DNA of 63,965 nucleotides, the filler included, from Octopus bimaculoides (lineage: Eukaryota), in assembly GCF_001194135.2 (NCBI RefSeq). It is 7 parts of 7 records of this genome, joined end to end, with 100 filler letters (N's around TTAATTAATTAA, not from the genome) between each part and the next. Parts side by side here need not be neighbours in the genome. Positions count along the whole stretch, not along the records: positions 62,815 to 63,965 come from NC_069004.1; 6 more parts are not named here. One strand, 5' to 3'. Position 1 is the stretch's first letter; every line of letters begins with the position of its first letter. This document shows, in pieces, positions 63,526 through 63,965 of the stretch. Made by a program: the position numbers and the translations under genes. The notes beneath the pieces were generated by a model. The model was not told the DNA's origin. It ran no database searches and was given only the letters and a program-made list of their open reading frames with translations.

Positions 63526-63915
63526 TTTTTCTTTATAGATGTCCTGAAAACTATTTACAGCGTTGGATTTTTTATCTCATTCTGTCAATTTATATATATA
63601 TATATATAGTTATGGAATTATGGTATATTCCGTTGCGGAATACAGTATAAAGCTCGTCCACTCCCGAAATTATCCAATACTGTCCGGTTTATGTTTGGGT
63701 ATTTGTCCTGCGTGATTATTGAAGAAATTGAAGAAATATTTATACTGCTGAAATATTATGGTGTTCTTTAATAGAATACATTTGTAAGAGATGCTTTCCC
63801 GAGACAAGTACCAAATTTAGCAAACTTATCTTCTTTAAGTATGATACAAAAATTGCTATTTTGAACCAATACTGCTTCTTTGGTTCTTGACATGTTAATA
63901 CATACATATATACAT

Positions 63916-63965
<50 letters not shown>

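Overview
Repeat-saturated, AT-rich eukaryotic genomic DNA from a gapped draft assembly. The SINE and microsatellite content points to a coleoid cephalopod, most likely Octopus (inference, no database search). Six 100-nt gaps each carry a central artificial TTAATTAATTAA linker, so order and orientation across them are uncertain. Only one protein-coding gene is supportable: a + strand multi-exon STAND NTPase of the NB-ARC type with C-terminal TPR repeats. Its exons are at 48366-48428, 49706-50731, 52166-52322, 53368-53515 and probably 55219-55328, with consistent splice phases. Its N-terminus is lost in a scaffold join and its 3' end is unresolved. The rest of the window is transposon-derived: a decayed mariner with TIRs, four SINE-like families in dozens of copies, two restriction-like-endonuclease LINE 3' fragments, an old RT fossil, hAT and Tigger-like MITEs, and several foldback structures. 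Not shown by the ORF track: four minimal type I hammerhead ribozyme motifs of the Penelope-like kind (one with an intact core at 63478-63525), an insertion containing an inverted copy of its own target site (36551-37227), and a mariner interrupted by a copy of nearby flanking DNA. Almost all other listed ORFs are microsatellite or N-gap artefacts. Repeat boundaries are by eye and approximate.
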